A DNA stretch of 63,921 bases, the filler included, from Octopus bimaculoides (taxonomy: Eukaryota): the NCBI RefSeq assembly GCF_001194135.2. It is 6 parts of 4 records of this genome, joined end to end, with 100 filler letters (N's around TTAATTAATTAA, not from the genome) between each part and the next. Parts side by side here need not be neighbours in the genome. Positions count along the whole stretch, not along the records: positions 25,642 to 44,263 come from NC_068982.1; positions 44,364 to 55,097 come from NC_068982.1; 4 more parts are not named here. One strand, given 5' to 3'. The notes beneath the pieces are model-generated. The model ran no database searches and had not been told where the DNA came from. It saw only the letters and a list, made by a program, of their open reading frames with translations. Below, piece by piece: positions 40,108 through 53,179 of this stretch. The position numbers and the translations under genes were made by a program. Every line of letters starts with the position of its first letter. Positions within the stretch are counted from its first letter, which is position 1.

Positions 40108-41815
40108 ATGTATATGCTTATATGTGTCTGTTTGTGTGCATGCGTTCATATAAGCATATATGAATGTATGTATGTACTGACCTACCTGCGCAAGATGTTA
40201 CTTCTCCAATTATCGAAAGCGTTCGGTGTAAAACCTGGTAACAAATTAAGATGCCTTTTATTTGCTGGTGCAGATTGCAGAGCCTCAGCACGCATCATAA
40301 ATTGTTGGGGGAGCGGGAGGTGGGGGGGGCTAATTAAGGAAAAAAAGGCGGAATTAGATTTTTGTTAAAATATGACAAGTTATATATAGAGTGAATGGGA
40401 TGGTATACTGCGAGTGAAATTGCGGTCGAATGTCTTTAGCTATGCTTGTGTTGATCTTATGTTTTTGTTTCTGGGTGTGTATAAGGGTTTGTGAGTCTGA
40501 ATATGTTTGGGTTAGTGCGGTCATTGCACTTTCGGGCATGAAGTTTTACTGATGTTTTGGTAATATACAAGAGCAGATAAATGCGATTCATAAGAAACTG
40601 TTTGTACATTTAAGTCGGATCGGTCGGCTACCCTGCTGCTTAACTGCTTGGCTTAAATCTCTAGTGTAATATTTGGGGTAAGTAATCCTACATCAGAACA
40701 CACATAGTGCCTCTGTTTGTTAACGAAAGTAGGTTAGGGTAGACCAGATAAACTGGAAACTTATGTAAATGGAAAAGATATCTTTTATCTGTTCGACTCT
40801 TGGCGAGGTCAAAGTTACCTTTTATTCTTCCGAGTAACGGCATTGCATTGTGATCGAATACAACAGAATGTGTGGCATTTTTTATCATATTATGGCATAC
40901 AAAAACTATTGAGTGGTCTAAAAGATAGAAAGTTTTGCATGGCTTAGTATTATTCTGCAGACATGGAGCTTTACTTTTAATATTTATCCATACAAAATCA
41001 ACAAAGTAACAAACATGTGTTTTAATAGACTTAATCGATGAGAGTCTACCAAACATTTGCAAATGTTTGGTAGACTCTCAGTGTTAGAAACCATAATTAG
41101 TTGCCTAAAAATGGTTTCTGCCCTGTCTAATATTTGGAATATGATCAGGGCTTCACAATGTCAAGTGAGACTTCTCAAATATTTATTTTTAATCATAATA
41201 CTGGATTCTTACAAGGGAAAAGGCACAGTCAATTTTATCGATACCTTGACTTAAATAGTACTTTATAAACTATTTACGTTTTGTCATAATATAGAATTCT
41301 TCCATAGACATAGACATAAACAAATTTCGGAGAGGGCTACAGCCGATTTTATCGACACCAGGACTTGATTAGTACTTTATTTTATTGACTCGGCAGAATT
41401 TAACCACAGAACGTAAATGACAGCAATGAAATGCCACATGTATCTTAAAGATTCCCCTACACCACAAACCTCATATAATCATAATATTATCTCTGATTCA
41501 AGAAGAAGGCCAGTAATTTAAGTTCAGTATTTGACTGTCACTTTAGTTTATCAAACCCAGAGGGATGAAAAGCAAAGTTAACCTTGGCGTTATTTGAACT
41601 GAAAGCGAAAAGGGCCGTTAATACATGTCGCATGCTCGACACCTTAAAGATTTTGCAAATCCACACCCCTTCTTTAATCTCAATATTTTGATTCAACTTT
41701 ATAGGATACACATTTAATATCATTTGCTATTTTATTGATATTTGTATTTATCGAAATATATAACGCACCATATCTTCTATGAAATATAAATGTATCTGTG
41801 TCTGTGCGTATGTAC

Positions 41816-41953
41816 TGCTTCCCAGCCTCATGATTCCGGGTTCAGTCCCACTGCGTGGAACCTTGGGCAAGTGTCTTCTCTATAGTCAGGGGGCGACCAA
41901 AACTTTGTAAATGGATATGGTAGACGGAAACTGAAAGAAGTCCGCCGTAGATA

Positions 41954-41986
<33 letters not shown>

Positions 41987-42207
41987 GTTTGTATCTATGT
42001 TTGTCCCCCTACCACCATCACCATCGCTTGATAACCGATGCTGGTATGTTTACGTCTCTGTAACTTAGTGATTCGGCAAAAAGAGCGATAGAATAATTGA
42101 TAAGCTTACAACGAATAAGTCCTGAGGTCGATTTATTCGACTAAAACATTTTAAGGTGGTGCTCCAGCTTGGCCGCAGTCAAATGATTGAAACAAGTAAA
42201 AGAATAA
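41816..42207 (+). mobile_element. SINE family A near full-length copy
   Basis: ttccgggttcagtcccactgcgtgg..gacggaaactgaaagaag..ggtgctccagcttggccgcagtcaaatgattgaaacaagtaaaaga. Confidence 0.88.
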
Positions 42208-42469
42208 AATATGAAATGTAACTACATGCGGATTGACGGTTATTTTTTCCCTCCGTCTTCCTTTTCTCTTGGACTTTCCTCTATCTCCTGTTTCTCAAGA
42301 GCTTTGCTCGAAACGTAAAACGCCCTTTCTTTCCTTCCTTTAGCGTTGCATGTACCACGTCTTCGTGTTGTTTTTTTCTTGTGTTTTTCATCGTTTTTTT
42401 TTGGGGGGGGGATTAATTATACACACACACACACATATACTGGAGAAAGAGAGGGAAATCTATTTATAG

Positions 42470-42800
42470 TCACTACATATAAGGGTTTAGGTTTAGCGAA
42501 GCTCTGACATGCAGTGATAATAAATAGCTGTAAACTATATTTCTGTGTGCGATAGGATACAAGTGCTATAGTGCACTTGTATAAAATGTTCTTAGTCATA
42601 CATTGGTTATCCAAAGGACAATTGGATCTATCTCTGTATGAGCATAACTGTTTAATTTTGTTGGCTTGTGTACATCGTGCGGTGGAGGGATGATTCTGTT
42701 CGGAAGATGGTTGTCGATATTACCGTTTTATTATCATTATCTGTAGGTGTTCTCAGTTTATTATTTGAACTGTTGCTGGTGTTATTTGCTGGATGGCTAT
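42470..42800 (-). mobile_element. Penelope-like fragment (region upstream of GIY-YIG)
   Basis: DRSNCPLDNQCMTKNILYKCTI matches the CxCxxxxxCPLDGxCLxxxxVYKA motif. Confidence 0.6.
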
Positions 42801-43220
42801 CATGTGTGTGTGTGTGTGTGTGCGTGTGTGTATGTGTGTGTGTGGGTGTGAGTGGGTGGGTGTTTGTGTGTGTGTGCGTGTGTGTTTGTGTGTGCGTGCG
42901 TGCGTGCGTGCGCGCGCGTTGTCAAATATCGTGTCGACTCAGAATGGGCTTCCATATCTGATTTGATCTGCTCTGCTGAGTCTATCTTTCTCCTACAGAG
43001 CTATACGGTCTTCACAATCTGCTGAGCGCAGAGATGCTATAAGGCAGTCTACCAATGGCTTCACTGGCCAAACCTTCGAAAGCACTGTCAAGAACATTCT
43101 TTTTTTACGAACATTAAATTTGTACTCTACAAAAAGTATAGAGTAACCCATCAGAATAATGTAAAATTACTTTTACTATAACTGAATATAAAATCGAATA
43201 TTAATATGCACGTATATATA

Positions 43221-44263
43221 CAGGGGTTGGAGAAAATAATGGAAACACCAAGCATCATAGAATAATAATTTTGAAATATCTATAAAACTGTCAACAGCTT
43301 GTTTATTTTTATGCTTTTTGATATAGTATAAGTGTTGCTTAGTATGTTTTGCTAAAATTGCTGTTTCTTTTCAGATATCATCATTAAAATGACAGATCTA
43401 TCGGACTTTCAATGAGGTCATAATGTCAGACCTAGTATGGCACGCGCTAGCGTAACGAAAACAGCCGAAATATTTGCTGAATGAAGAAGTACTGTCTCGA
43501 AAGTAATGACAGCCTTTGAGAAAGAGGGGGAAACCTCGTCGAAACAAAACTCCGGAAGAAAATCAAAACATTCAGATAGGGACTGTCGGACTCTTACACG
43601 AATTGATAGAAAGGAACACAAAAGTACAGCTCCCAAAATTACTGCGGAGCTTAATGACCCCCTCGAGAACCCAGTTTCCACAAAAACTGTTCGTTGGGAG
43701 ATGCACAAAACCGGATTTCACGAGATGGCTGCAATCAGAAAACCACTACTTTCAAAACCAAACGCTGCAAAGCGTTTAGAGTGGAGTAAAAACCTACTGA
43801 ATTGGTCTCTAGAGAAGTGGAAGAAAGTTATTTCCTCGAACGAGTCATCTTTACCTTATTTCCGACCACCGGCTAAGTATACGTGTGGAGACAGCCAAAA
43901 GGAGCATTTGACCTAGACTACTTTCTTCCAACTGTTAAACATGGAGGAGGATCTGTGATGATCTGGGGCGAGGGTGGGGGCTATATCTCGGAAATCTGCC
44001 GGCCCAATGGTTTCCCTTCATGGCAGAAAGACTATTTAAGCAATTTATCTTATCAAATTCATCCTATGATTGCAGAACTGTTTCCGGAGGGAAACGCAAT
44101 CTTCTAGGATGACAAAGCACCAATTCACACAGCTAAAGTTGTTACTGAATGGCACGAGGAACATTCTAGGGAAGTTGAATATGTTATCTGGCCAACACAA
44201 TCCCCAGATCTTAATATTATTTATGGTGCAGTTTAGAAAAACAAGTAACGATCATCACAAGAA
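43221..44263 (+). mobile_element. Tc1-family DNA transposon, frameshifted transposase, left TIR after TA
   Basis: TA|caggggttggagaaaataatggaaacacc; MTDLSDF, QNSGRKSK, STAPKITAEL, IRKPLLS, WKKVIxSxES, [29 protein letters not shown]. Confidence 0.9.
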
Positions 44264-44363
44264 NNNNNNNNNNNNNNNNNNNNNNNNNNNNNNNNNNNNN
44301 NNNNNNNTTAATTAATTAANNNNNNNNNNNNNNNNNNNNNNNNNNNNNNNNNNNNNNNNNNNN

Positions 44364-44890
44364 GTGTGTTTGGTGGTCTGGCGCAGGTGTGATCCATTAT
44401 GATTTCATTAAACCTGGCTCACGGCCGAAGTATACTGCAGCCAACTGGACCAAATGATGCAGAAACTTACAAATAACAGCCTAGATTACTCAACAGATCC
44501 ACTCCTATTTTATTGCAAGACAACGCCAGACCACACATCGCAAAAATGACATTGGCGAAACTACGGGAGTTGGAGTTGGAAGTCTTTCATCATCCATCAC
44601 ACTCACCTGATCTTGCCGCTACTGGCTACAACTTCTTCCAGAATTTGGATAACTTTTTGATAGGAAAAAAATTTAATTCCGACGATGCTGTAAAACAGGC
44701 CATTCAAGATTTTATTGACTCTAGATTGCCAGACTTTTACAGTTACGGGTTGGACAAGCTACCGTTGAAATGGCAAAAGTGTATTAACAATATGGGTGCA
44801 TACTTTGATGAATAAAACTATTCCTCGTATTTATAAAACATTAGCAAACTTTTTTTCTTTTCTACAAATTTCATACTTGACGACCTAATA
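44364..44890 (+). mobile_element. Mariner (DD34D-type) transposase 3' part with right TIR
   Basis: QDNARPH..HHPSHSPDLAATGYNFFQNLDNFL..LPLKWQKCINNMGAYFDE; end cttgacgacctaata. Confidence 0.9.
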
Positions 44891-44983
44891 TTAAACCAGT
44901 GTATCTTTGATAAGAATATCCCTACAATAGGCTTGAATATCCGCATTTTGACTCTCTCTCTCTCTCTCTCTCTNNNNNNNNNN

Positions 44984-45036
<53 letters not shown>

Positions 45037-45989
45037 TATATATATACATATATATATATACATATATATATACATATATGCATACATACATACAAACATA
45101 CATACATACATACATGCATACATACATACACGCATACATATACATGTGCATATATTTAGAACAACTTTATCCAACGTGTCTTCCATATTTAACTCTGTGA
45201 GTTTGTGAATTTGACTTCTATTTCTAGCAAGTCGAACAATATCGATGTGGCTCCCTCGTAAACTCGATTATTGTACTCATTTTTATATTATTGGAAACAT
45301 TTCTACAGTTATGTCACTGTCCACTGATCGCTGATTACTGGCTAGTAATGAGTTAACGTTCTGTTACATACATCCAAAGGCGGTAATTAATTCGTTGGTC
45401 AGCTGAGCTAGAAGGATTTTTTTTCATTTTCCAGCGGGGTTGCATTTTCTGGTGTGCTTTTTAATATTTTTTTTTTATTAGCATTACTCTCCATATGCAA
45501 TGCACATGTTGTCGCCCGCTCAGCGCCGCCATTACCTTGTCTAACACAAACTGTGTAAACTATCGTTTGAAGAAGTGCGAAACAACAAATCCTCCGTGTT
45601 TCAACTTAATGTGTTATAACGGCCATTTCTTGTATAAAATAAACAAATTTAAACTGGCATCATTTATCATATGATCTCCTGGAAGATTTCCCAAGAGGGG
45701 ATTCAAGATCGGTTTTTGAACGGTATTTTTATAACCCTGTATTTAACCCACTTCTTTCTATACTGATTCGATTTAGCTTTAATACGATCTTGGTGTAAAC
45801 TTTTGAGCTTCTGTTCAATTGGAAAAGTTTTCCCTGGGGGAAGTGGAAATGATATTTTACTCTCCTTTTTTTTTTTCATTGTAGAAGCTTGATGATAGAT
45901 TCCTAATAAAAAAAATAATGTGCCCCTACTGTACTTCCGGACCTTTCATTCTATTAAAGTTCGGCATCATAAGGTGAAGATTTATATTT

Positions 45990-46042
45990 AGTCTAACTTT
46001 ATTACCGTTGTTGTTATTGTTGTTGTTGTTACGATATTATCA

Positions 46043-46127
<85 letters not shown>

Positions 46128-46363
46128 CATTATTATTATTATTATTATTGAAGGCGGCGAGCAGGTAGAATCGTTAGCACGCCGGGTAAAATGCTTAGTA
46201 GCATTTTGTCCGTCTTTACATTGTCGTCAGATGTCACCGAGGGTCGACTTTGCCTTTCATACTTTTGGAGTCAATAAAATAAGTACCAGTGAAACACCAG
46301 GGTTGATGTAATCGGCGAATCTCTTCCTCCAAAATTTCGGGCTCTGTACCATAGTAGAAAGGC

Positions 46364-46416
<53 letters not shown>

Positions 46417-46643
46417 GTTATTATTATTATTGAAGGCGAAATCGTTAGCAAGCCGGACGAAATGCTTAGCGATATTTCGCATGTCGCTACGTTCTAAGCT
46501 CAAATTCCACCGAGGTCGACTTTACCTTTCATCCCTTCGGGGTTTCGGGATCGATAAGATAAGTACCAGTGAAACACCGGGGTCGATGTAATCGACTATC
46601 CCACTCACCCAAAATTTCAGGCTTTATACCTATAATAGAAAGG

Positions 46644-46696
<53 letters not shown>

Positions 46697-46795
46697 TACT
46701 ACTATTATTATTATTATTATCATCATCATCATCATCACCGTCGTCTTCGTCATCATCATGAATATCGTCAACGTTGTCATCATCTTCAGCATAGC

Positions 46796-46856
<61 letters not shown>

Positions 46857-46860
46857 GTTA
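45990..46860. repeat. Trinucleotide microsatellite block (ATT/ATC/GTT)n; similar blocks at 57730-57870, 58170-58670
   Basis: Direct reading; gives poly-I/M/N pseudo-ORFs. Confidence 0.95.
46150..46644 (+). mobile_element. Two tandem SINE family B copies separated by (ATT)n
   Basis: gaaggcggcgagc..atcgttagcacgccgg..gaggtcgactttgcc..aataagtaccag..agaaagg+(ATT)n, repeated at 46431-46644. Confidence 0.88.
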
Positions 46861-47416
46861 TCCTATAATTATAATTCCTGTTCCATGCCTGTTCTTTAGA
46901 CTTTGTGTCAATAAGAAAAAAAAAATGTGAGCTCATCTTTTGTTTTAAAATAAACTATCCTTGTTGTTTTAGAGAAGTTGAGACGTGCAGACAAGTTAAG
47001 GTGTTGGGGGACAGGATCACAGTAATTACAAAACTTGTGTCAACAAACTCTGAGACTGAACTCAAACAATAAATAGATATTTGCGTTACATTTCTTCTTC
47101 TTTTTTTAAAATAATGATCATGATGAGAATGTTATATGATGAAGTTAAAGATGAATGCGATGATGTTTAAACCGTTTGACTTAATCTGATACATTTCTAT
47201 ACTTCTCTGCTTTTCTGTTATTTTTTCTATATATTTTTTATTATATATTTTATTGCTTTCTCCTTAGTGCTCTAATTCAACAACACTTTGCTTGACAAGA
47301 CCAACAATCAAAGTGATATGATCGTTCTAAATCTCCCACCTGATGTTGGTTTACGGTTACTACACCACAAAGGAATTGTTTTTCATTATTATTTTGATAA
47401 ATCGTATATACATACA

Positions 47417-47525
<109 letters not shown>

Positions 47526-47574
47526 TGTATTTATATATTATGTATGTATGTATGTATGTATGTATGTATGTATG

Positions 47575-47790
47575 CGGAGGCGCAATGGCTCAGTGGTTAG
47601 GGCAGCGGACTCGCGGTCGTAGGCAGCGGACTTGCGGTTTCGATTCCCAGACCGGGCGTTGTGAGTGTTTATTGAGCGAGAACACCTAAAGCTCCATGAG
47701 GCTCCGGTAGGGGATGGTGGCGAACCCTGCTGTACTCTTTCACCACAACTTTCTCTCAGTCTTTCTTCCTGTTTCTGTTGTGCCTGTATT
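47575..47790 (+). mobile_element. tRNA-derived SINE (distinct family) with A/B boxes
   Basis: ggaggcgcaatggctcagtggttagggc (A box), ggtttcgattcc (B box), internal duplication of gcagcggact. Confidence 0.85.
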
Positions 47791-47900
47791 TCAACGTGCT
47801 AAGAATGTATTTTTCGTGGATTGGGGATTTGATATCTCTTTTCAGTGTGTTAGGAGACCACTTAGGTATTCTCCTCTCAGTGTATAATTTATACACATGT

Positions 47901-47933
<33 letters not shown>

Positions 47934-47974
47934 TATATATGTGTGTGTATGTGTGCGTGTGTATATATATGTAT

Positions 47975-48022
<48 letters not shown>

Positions 48023-48499
48023 GTTTGTATGTATGTATGTATAGATAAATAGATAGATAGATAGATAGATAGGCAGGCAGATACACAGACAAACTGGGGG
48101 AGAGAGAGAGGGGGGCATATAAGTACATGATATATGTTTTTATTTGGTACGTGCGTTGATGTATATGCGGCACGGGGTATATATATATATATATGTATGC
48201 ATATATTACTTGGACGTTCTTAACTTTGATTTTCACGTTTTCGATTGTTCAAATAAATTCTGGAAGATTGGAAACATGAAACGCACAAGTACAATTTAAA
48301 TTTTCCAGGTTCTAATAAAATATAAAATATGCACACTTCTTCGTTTTGAACTGAGTACTTTACTCTATTTTAAAATACGCACACACTCACATATACATAC
48401 ACGCGTATTCATAGAAGAAGCATTACACAGTGGTACGTTGAGTAGAAATGTAAGGTAAGTTTACGAGCGAGTGTTGCTTTTAATATTACGTCTTAAAAT

Positions 48500-49110
48500 C
48501 CGGGCGAAATGCTTAGCGGTATATCGTTCTGAGTTCAGATTCCGCCGAGGTCGACTTTGCCTTTCATCCTTTCGGGGTCGATAAATTAAGTACCAGTAGC
48601 GTACTGAGGTCGATCTAATCGACTGGCCCCCTCCCAAAAAATTTCGGTCCTTGTGCCTAGAGTAGAAAAGAATATTATGTCTTAAAATAAGGCGGTGAGC
48701 TGGCAGAACCGTTACTGCGCCGGGCAAAATGTTTAGCGGCATTTCGTCCGTCTTTACGTTCTGAGTTCAAATTCCGCCGAGGTCGACTTTTCGTTTCATC
48801 CTTTCGTGGTCGATAAAATAAGTACCAGTTGAGCACTGGGGGTCGATGTAATCGACTTACCCTCTCCCCTAACTTGCTGACCTTATGCCAAAATTTGAAA
48901 GCAATATTATGTCTTAAAATTAAGCGGCAGAATCGTTAGCACGCCGAGCGAAATTCTGAGCCACACTGTGTTCGTCTATATATTCTGAGTTCAAATTCCG
49001 CCGGTATCGACTTTGCCTTTCATCCTTTCGGGGTCGACAAAATAAGTACCAGTTGAGGACTGGTATCGATGAAATCTATTTATTCGTCTCCCCTGAAATT
49101 ACTGGCCTTC
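48500..49110 (+). mobile_element. Three tandem SINE family B copies
   Basis: Three copies of tcaaattccgccgaggtcgactttgcctttcatcctttcggggtcga-like body at about 48535, 48768, 48993. Confidence 0.9.
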
Positions 49111-49891
49111 TACCAAGATTTTAACCCATTAATCCTTACTGTTTGAGTACACGCTGTGAGAAAACAGAGGCCCTGTTATTTAAAAGGCGTGGTATTGAAA
49201 AACAAGGAACTGAAACTTTCAAATGCTAGGCCTTACAATTTCTAATGGCCCTTTAGGGTGACTTTACAGCTAATAAATCTTTTAGAATGTATAAAGCTTC
49301 GATGTTTATACTTATATACATAGCTTTCGGGATCGATAGATTCAGCATTCCACCGCAAGGTAGTGTTGTAGTTAGTACCAGGAAATTCAAACATATTTTT
49401 TTGCGTGTTTATTGTGCTTTTCTTAGGAGTATTTTTTTCAATGACTTTCAATGATTTTTTTTTAATTGTTTGTTCCTGTTTGTACGTTGGAATCTATCAC
49501 CGATATAAGTTGAGATGTCTGTACACCAATGGCAGTAAAGAGTTTCTGACTTAACTTACCAGCACTAACTAATGATGTAAAACAAAAGTTTATTACTCAA
49601 AAAATATTTCAGCAGTATTTTAAATGTTGAAGTATTTTTCTCAGAAATCCTGTACGTGTTTCATGTCAAAAACTGTAATGTTTCAGAAAGGCCATTGAGA
49701 AATATAGTTCTGACAACAAAAACAAAAGTTTCTTAATGAAGAGTTTAAAATGAAAGGAAAAAAATGCAGAAACAGAGGTATTGCTACTGATTCGAACCCA
49801 GGTCAACCCTGATTGAGTATAACTGTGAACTGTTCAGGAAAGAAAGGCGTTTATTTCAAGTTTTAAGGCTGAGTATAGAAAATATTGATTT

Positions 49892-50510
49892 CAAACTTTG
49901 GCACATGATCAGTAATTTCAGGGGCAGGAATGAGACGATTACAATGACCCAAGCGCTCAAGTGGTACTTATTTTATCGACTCCAAAAGGATGAAAGGTAA
50001 AGTCGACCTCAGCGGAATTTGAACTCATAACATAATATTCGAAAGAAATGCCACTAAGCATTTTTCCCGGCGGGTTAACGATTCTTTTCTACTCTAGACA
50101 CAAAGCCCGACATTTTGGGTGAAGGAGCCAGTCGATTACATCGACGCTAGTACGCAACTGGTACTTAATTGATCGACCCCAAAAGGATGACAGCCAAAGT
50201 CGACCTCGGCGGAATTAGAACTCAGAACATAAAGACAGGCGAAAAACCGCTAAGCATTTCGCCCGGCGTGCTAACGTTTCTTATTTCTTTATTGCCCACA
50301 AGGGGCTAAACATAAAGGAGACAAACAAGGACAGACAAAGGGATTAAGTCGATTACATCGACCCCAGTGCGTAACTGGTGCTTAATTTATCGACCCCGAA
50401 AGGCGAAGGCGACCTCGGCGGAATTTGAACACAGAACGTCACGGCAGACGAGATACACGCTAAGCATTTCGCCCGGCGTGCTAACGATTCTGCCAGCTCA
50501 CCGCCCTTCC
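49892..50510 (-). mobile_element. Three tandem SINE family B copies (reverse)
   Basis: gaaaggtaaagtcgacctcagcggaatttgaactc-like at about 49990, 50190, 50400. Confidence 0.88.
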
Positions 50511-50584
50511 ATTAATTTAAATATTACAAAACAAATAACAAGCCGAGCTTGCTACAAATCGAAGCCAAATCTCTCGCAAATCAA

Positions 50585-50725
50585 ACCATGCCCTCCACCA
50601 AGGTCGACTTTGCCTTTCATCCTTTCGGGGTCGATAAATTAAGTACCAATTCCGTACTGGGATCGATCTAATCGACAGGCTCCTTCCCCAAAACTTCTGG
50701 CCTTGTGCCTAGAGTAGAAAAGAAA
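50585..50725 (+). mobile_element. 5'-truncated SINE family B copy
   Basis: aaggtcgactttgcctttcatcctttcggggtcgataaattaagtacc..gtgcctagagtagaaaag. Confidence 0.88.
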
Positions 50726-52535
50726 TCAAACCATACCCACGTTCTCTTAAGTAAATTTGATGACTCAATTCTTGATAAAAATACGATACACACACAACTG
50801 GAATCCTTGAACATAGATGCATTTGATCAATTCTGACAAGGGATAAAACATTTGCAACAACTTCAGTATGACTGAGGGACGTTCTATCCCACTCGGGTGT
50901 TCTTTATATCAAGCGCGGTGGTGTCTGTAAAGTATCTTCATTTGGTATACGCATATAGTATTGAAGTAAAATATGAGATGTTGTCTCTGGACGAATTCCG
51001 CTGTAACTTGCCTGTCAAGGATTTATATACAGTGAATATGATACATAGATGGTTGCTTTAATTTGTTACAACGTAGTTGTGTTTACTGGAGTTTTATTCA
51101 ACCGGGTGTCTATTTTCAGTATCAGCGAATGTTTTATTCGCTGTTTCCTTTATTGGAGGGGACGAATCTCGTCTAGTCATGTGACTATCTTTTAATATAC
51201 ATTATTCATAAGACCCAACGTGGTAGATGCATCTGACCGTCTGTTAACCGCTGGTGGGACGATTTTTGTCTCCCTCTGACGTATATTCTGTTTTTAAAAA
51301 CAGTACATCCATAAAAGATGTTAGCTTTGAACGAATACCACAATAACTTACCTGTCAACGACGTGTAGGAACTAAGTATGATACATAAAAAGTTATTTTC
51401 ATTCATAAAAAGTGTATATTCGATTGAATCGATGACAAAGAATTGCTGGTAATTCTTTTATTGATAGTGCAGGTGGGGATGGAAAATTCGAGCGCGGTGG
51501 ATTTAAATTCAAGAAGTTGTGAGACAAAAAAAAAAATGTTGTCATTAACTACTATGTTCTGCTCTGTCACAGCATCATCATCATATGCACATTTATTTAC
51601 TTGTTGAGTTTGGAGGAGGTGGCATTGACCATTACGTTTGCAGTCCCTCTGAAAGCAGTGAGCTAGATGAAGTTAATGGTTCGTTTAAACTGTTACGTAT
51701 CAACAACAGCTGATAAAACATGAACAGAAAGAAAATTCTAGAGGGTCGATGTTCTGGGGAGAAAAAGACTGGGCATAATGGCTAGAGTGCGAGCGCAGTC
51801 ACGGGTTTAGACGCACGAGACCAGTGAGTGAGGTCAATATAGTAGCAATAAGAAAGAGAGAGACAGAAAGACAGACAGAAAGACAGACAGACAGAGGGCA
51901 GATGGCACATCTGTGAGTTAGAGCCGGGGTTGTACATAAGTGTCTATCTCTAGAAAACTCAAGCTAGAACTGTCAAGAGGAGAACGAAGTAAAATATGCA
52001 ACTCCTAGATAGTTGTAAATCTGTAAAATTGTGTATCAAAGAGAAGTAAACCATCCGAAGATTGTTGAGGCAACACAACGTCTGTTTTTCTTTAATTAGT
52101 GAAATTAAGGAAAGGTATTTTAAACTTAAAATTTACTCCAACTGATCTCAGGAAATTATAAGTTAACCTCAGTGATATTTGAACTCAAAACTATGCAACA
52201 TAGACTTAATCGACAGGAATTTAATCTCCCGTTTCTGTGGCCTATCTACTGTTTTCTAGTCTATTTTCCCATTAGTTATTGGACAGAGTCCATATCGGCA
52301 ATTTGATCGCTATTTCTCTTGACTAGTTTGTCATCAATTTCAAAGATATAAACTCTGTTGAAAGAAACATTAAACCTATTTTTACTGTAACGAAATGAAA
52401 GGAAGAAACAAACAGACAGACAGAATAAAAGTAAATAGCTGAAAAAGAAACCAAATGCCTTAGTATTTGAGATTAAACTGTTCAAATATTATTTTTTAAA
52501 ATTTCCCTCAGCAAATGAGGTTTAGACGTTTTATG

Positions 52536-52598
<63 letters not shown>

Positions 52599-53179
52599 NN
52601 NNNNNNNNNNNNNNNNNNNNNCCTCTTGAAATATTATCTGAAACAATAGACGTGAGCAAATGTATATCTACAACTTTTTTTATTAATTCGACCATTATTT
52701 CGACTCCAGCTTGTACAAGAAAATTTTAATTTTCAGTTTATTACGTAAAGCAGCCGAGCAGAAGGATGTAGAATATATCCGTAGTTATCAGAATTTTGTT
52801 GACATTTTTAGATAAACCTCGAAATATAATCGTTACAATCACAGTTTTTGTAATTGGAATAAACATTATTTCGATAACTTCCAGAATTAATAAAATGTGA
52901 AGTTTGTATTGCTAACAACATGAAAGAAAAACAGCAGCAATGTTTATTGAGGAAGATATTGAGAAATCGTACGATTTATCTAAAATAAAAGAAATGTCTT
53001 CTATGTTTTGCTTTATTTTTACATCTAAATTTCATATAACAAGCGATAAGCTTATTTATAAAGATGTCAGTCAGTTTAGTTGGTAAAAGGTTCGGTGAAG
53101 AAAAACAATGAGATTTTTTTCTTGTTTTTATGCTGGGTCTAGTGGAAGGGGCAATGTACATGACCTTCGCAGGCCCTCC

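Noticed and set aside
40186-40276. Possible third paralog exon 2 (ends AGT AAC ATC TTG CGC AG|gt, like gene B AGT AGC ATA TTT TGC AG|gt)
   Set aside because: No cysteines and no acceptor giving 91 nt; similarity limited to 17 nt
45480-45680. Cys-rich frame ITLHMQCTCC..CFNLMCY after an AG acceptor
   Set aside because: No partner exons or family motif; likely repeat-derived
47575-47660. tRNA gene
   Set aside because: A/B boxes belong to a SINE head with internal duplication; no complete cloverleaf, continues into SINE body
48482-49110. Repeat-spacer pattern resembling a CRISPR array
   Set aside because: The intervening units are homologous SINE copies, there are no cas genes and the genome is eukaryotic
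49560-49710. Minus-strand segment with strong acceptor and CTG|GTAAGT donor
   Set aside because: Stops in all three frames; at most a non-coding exon, unsupported
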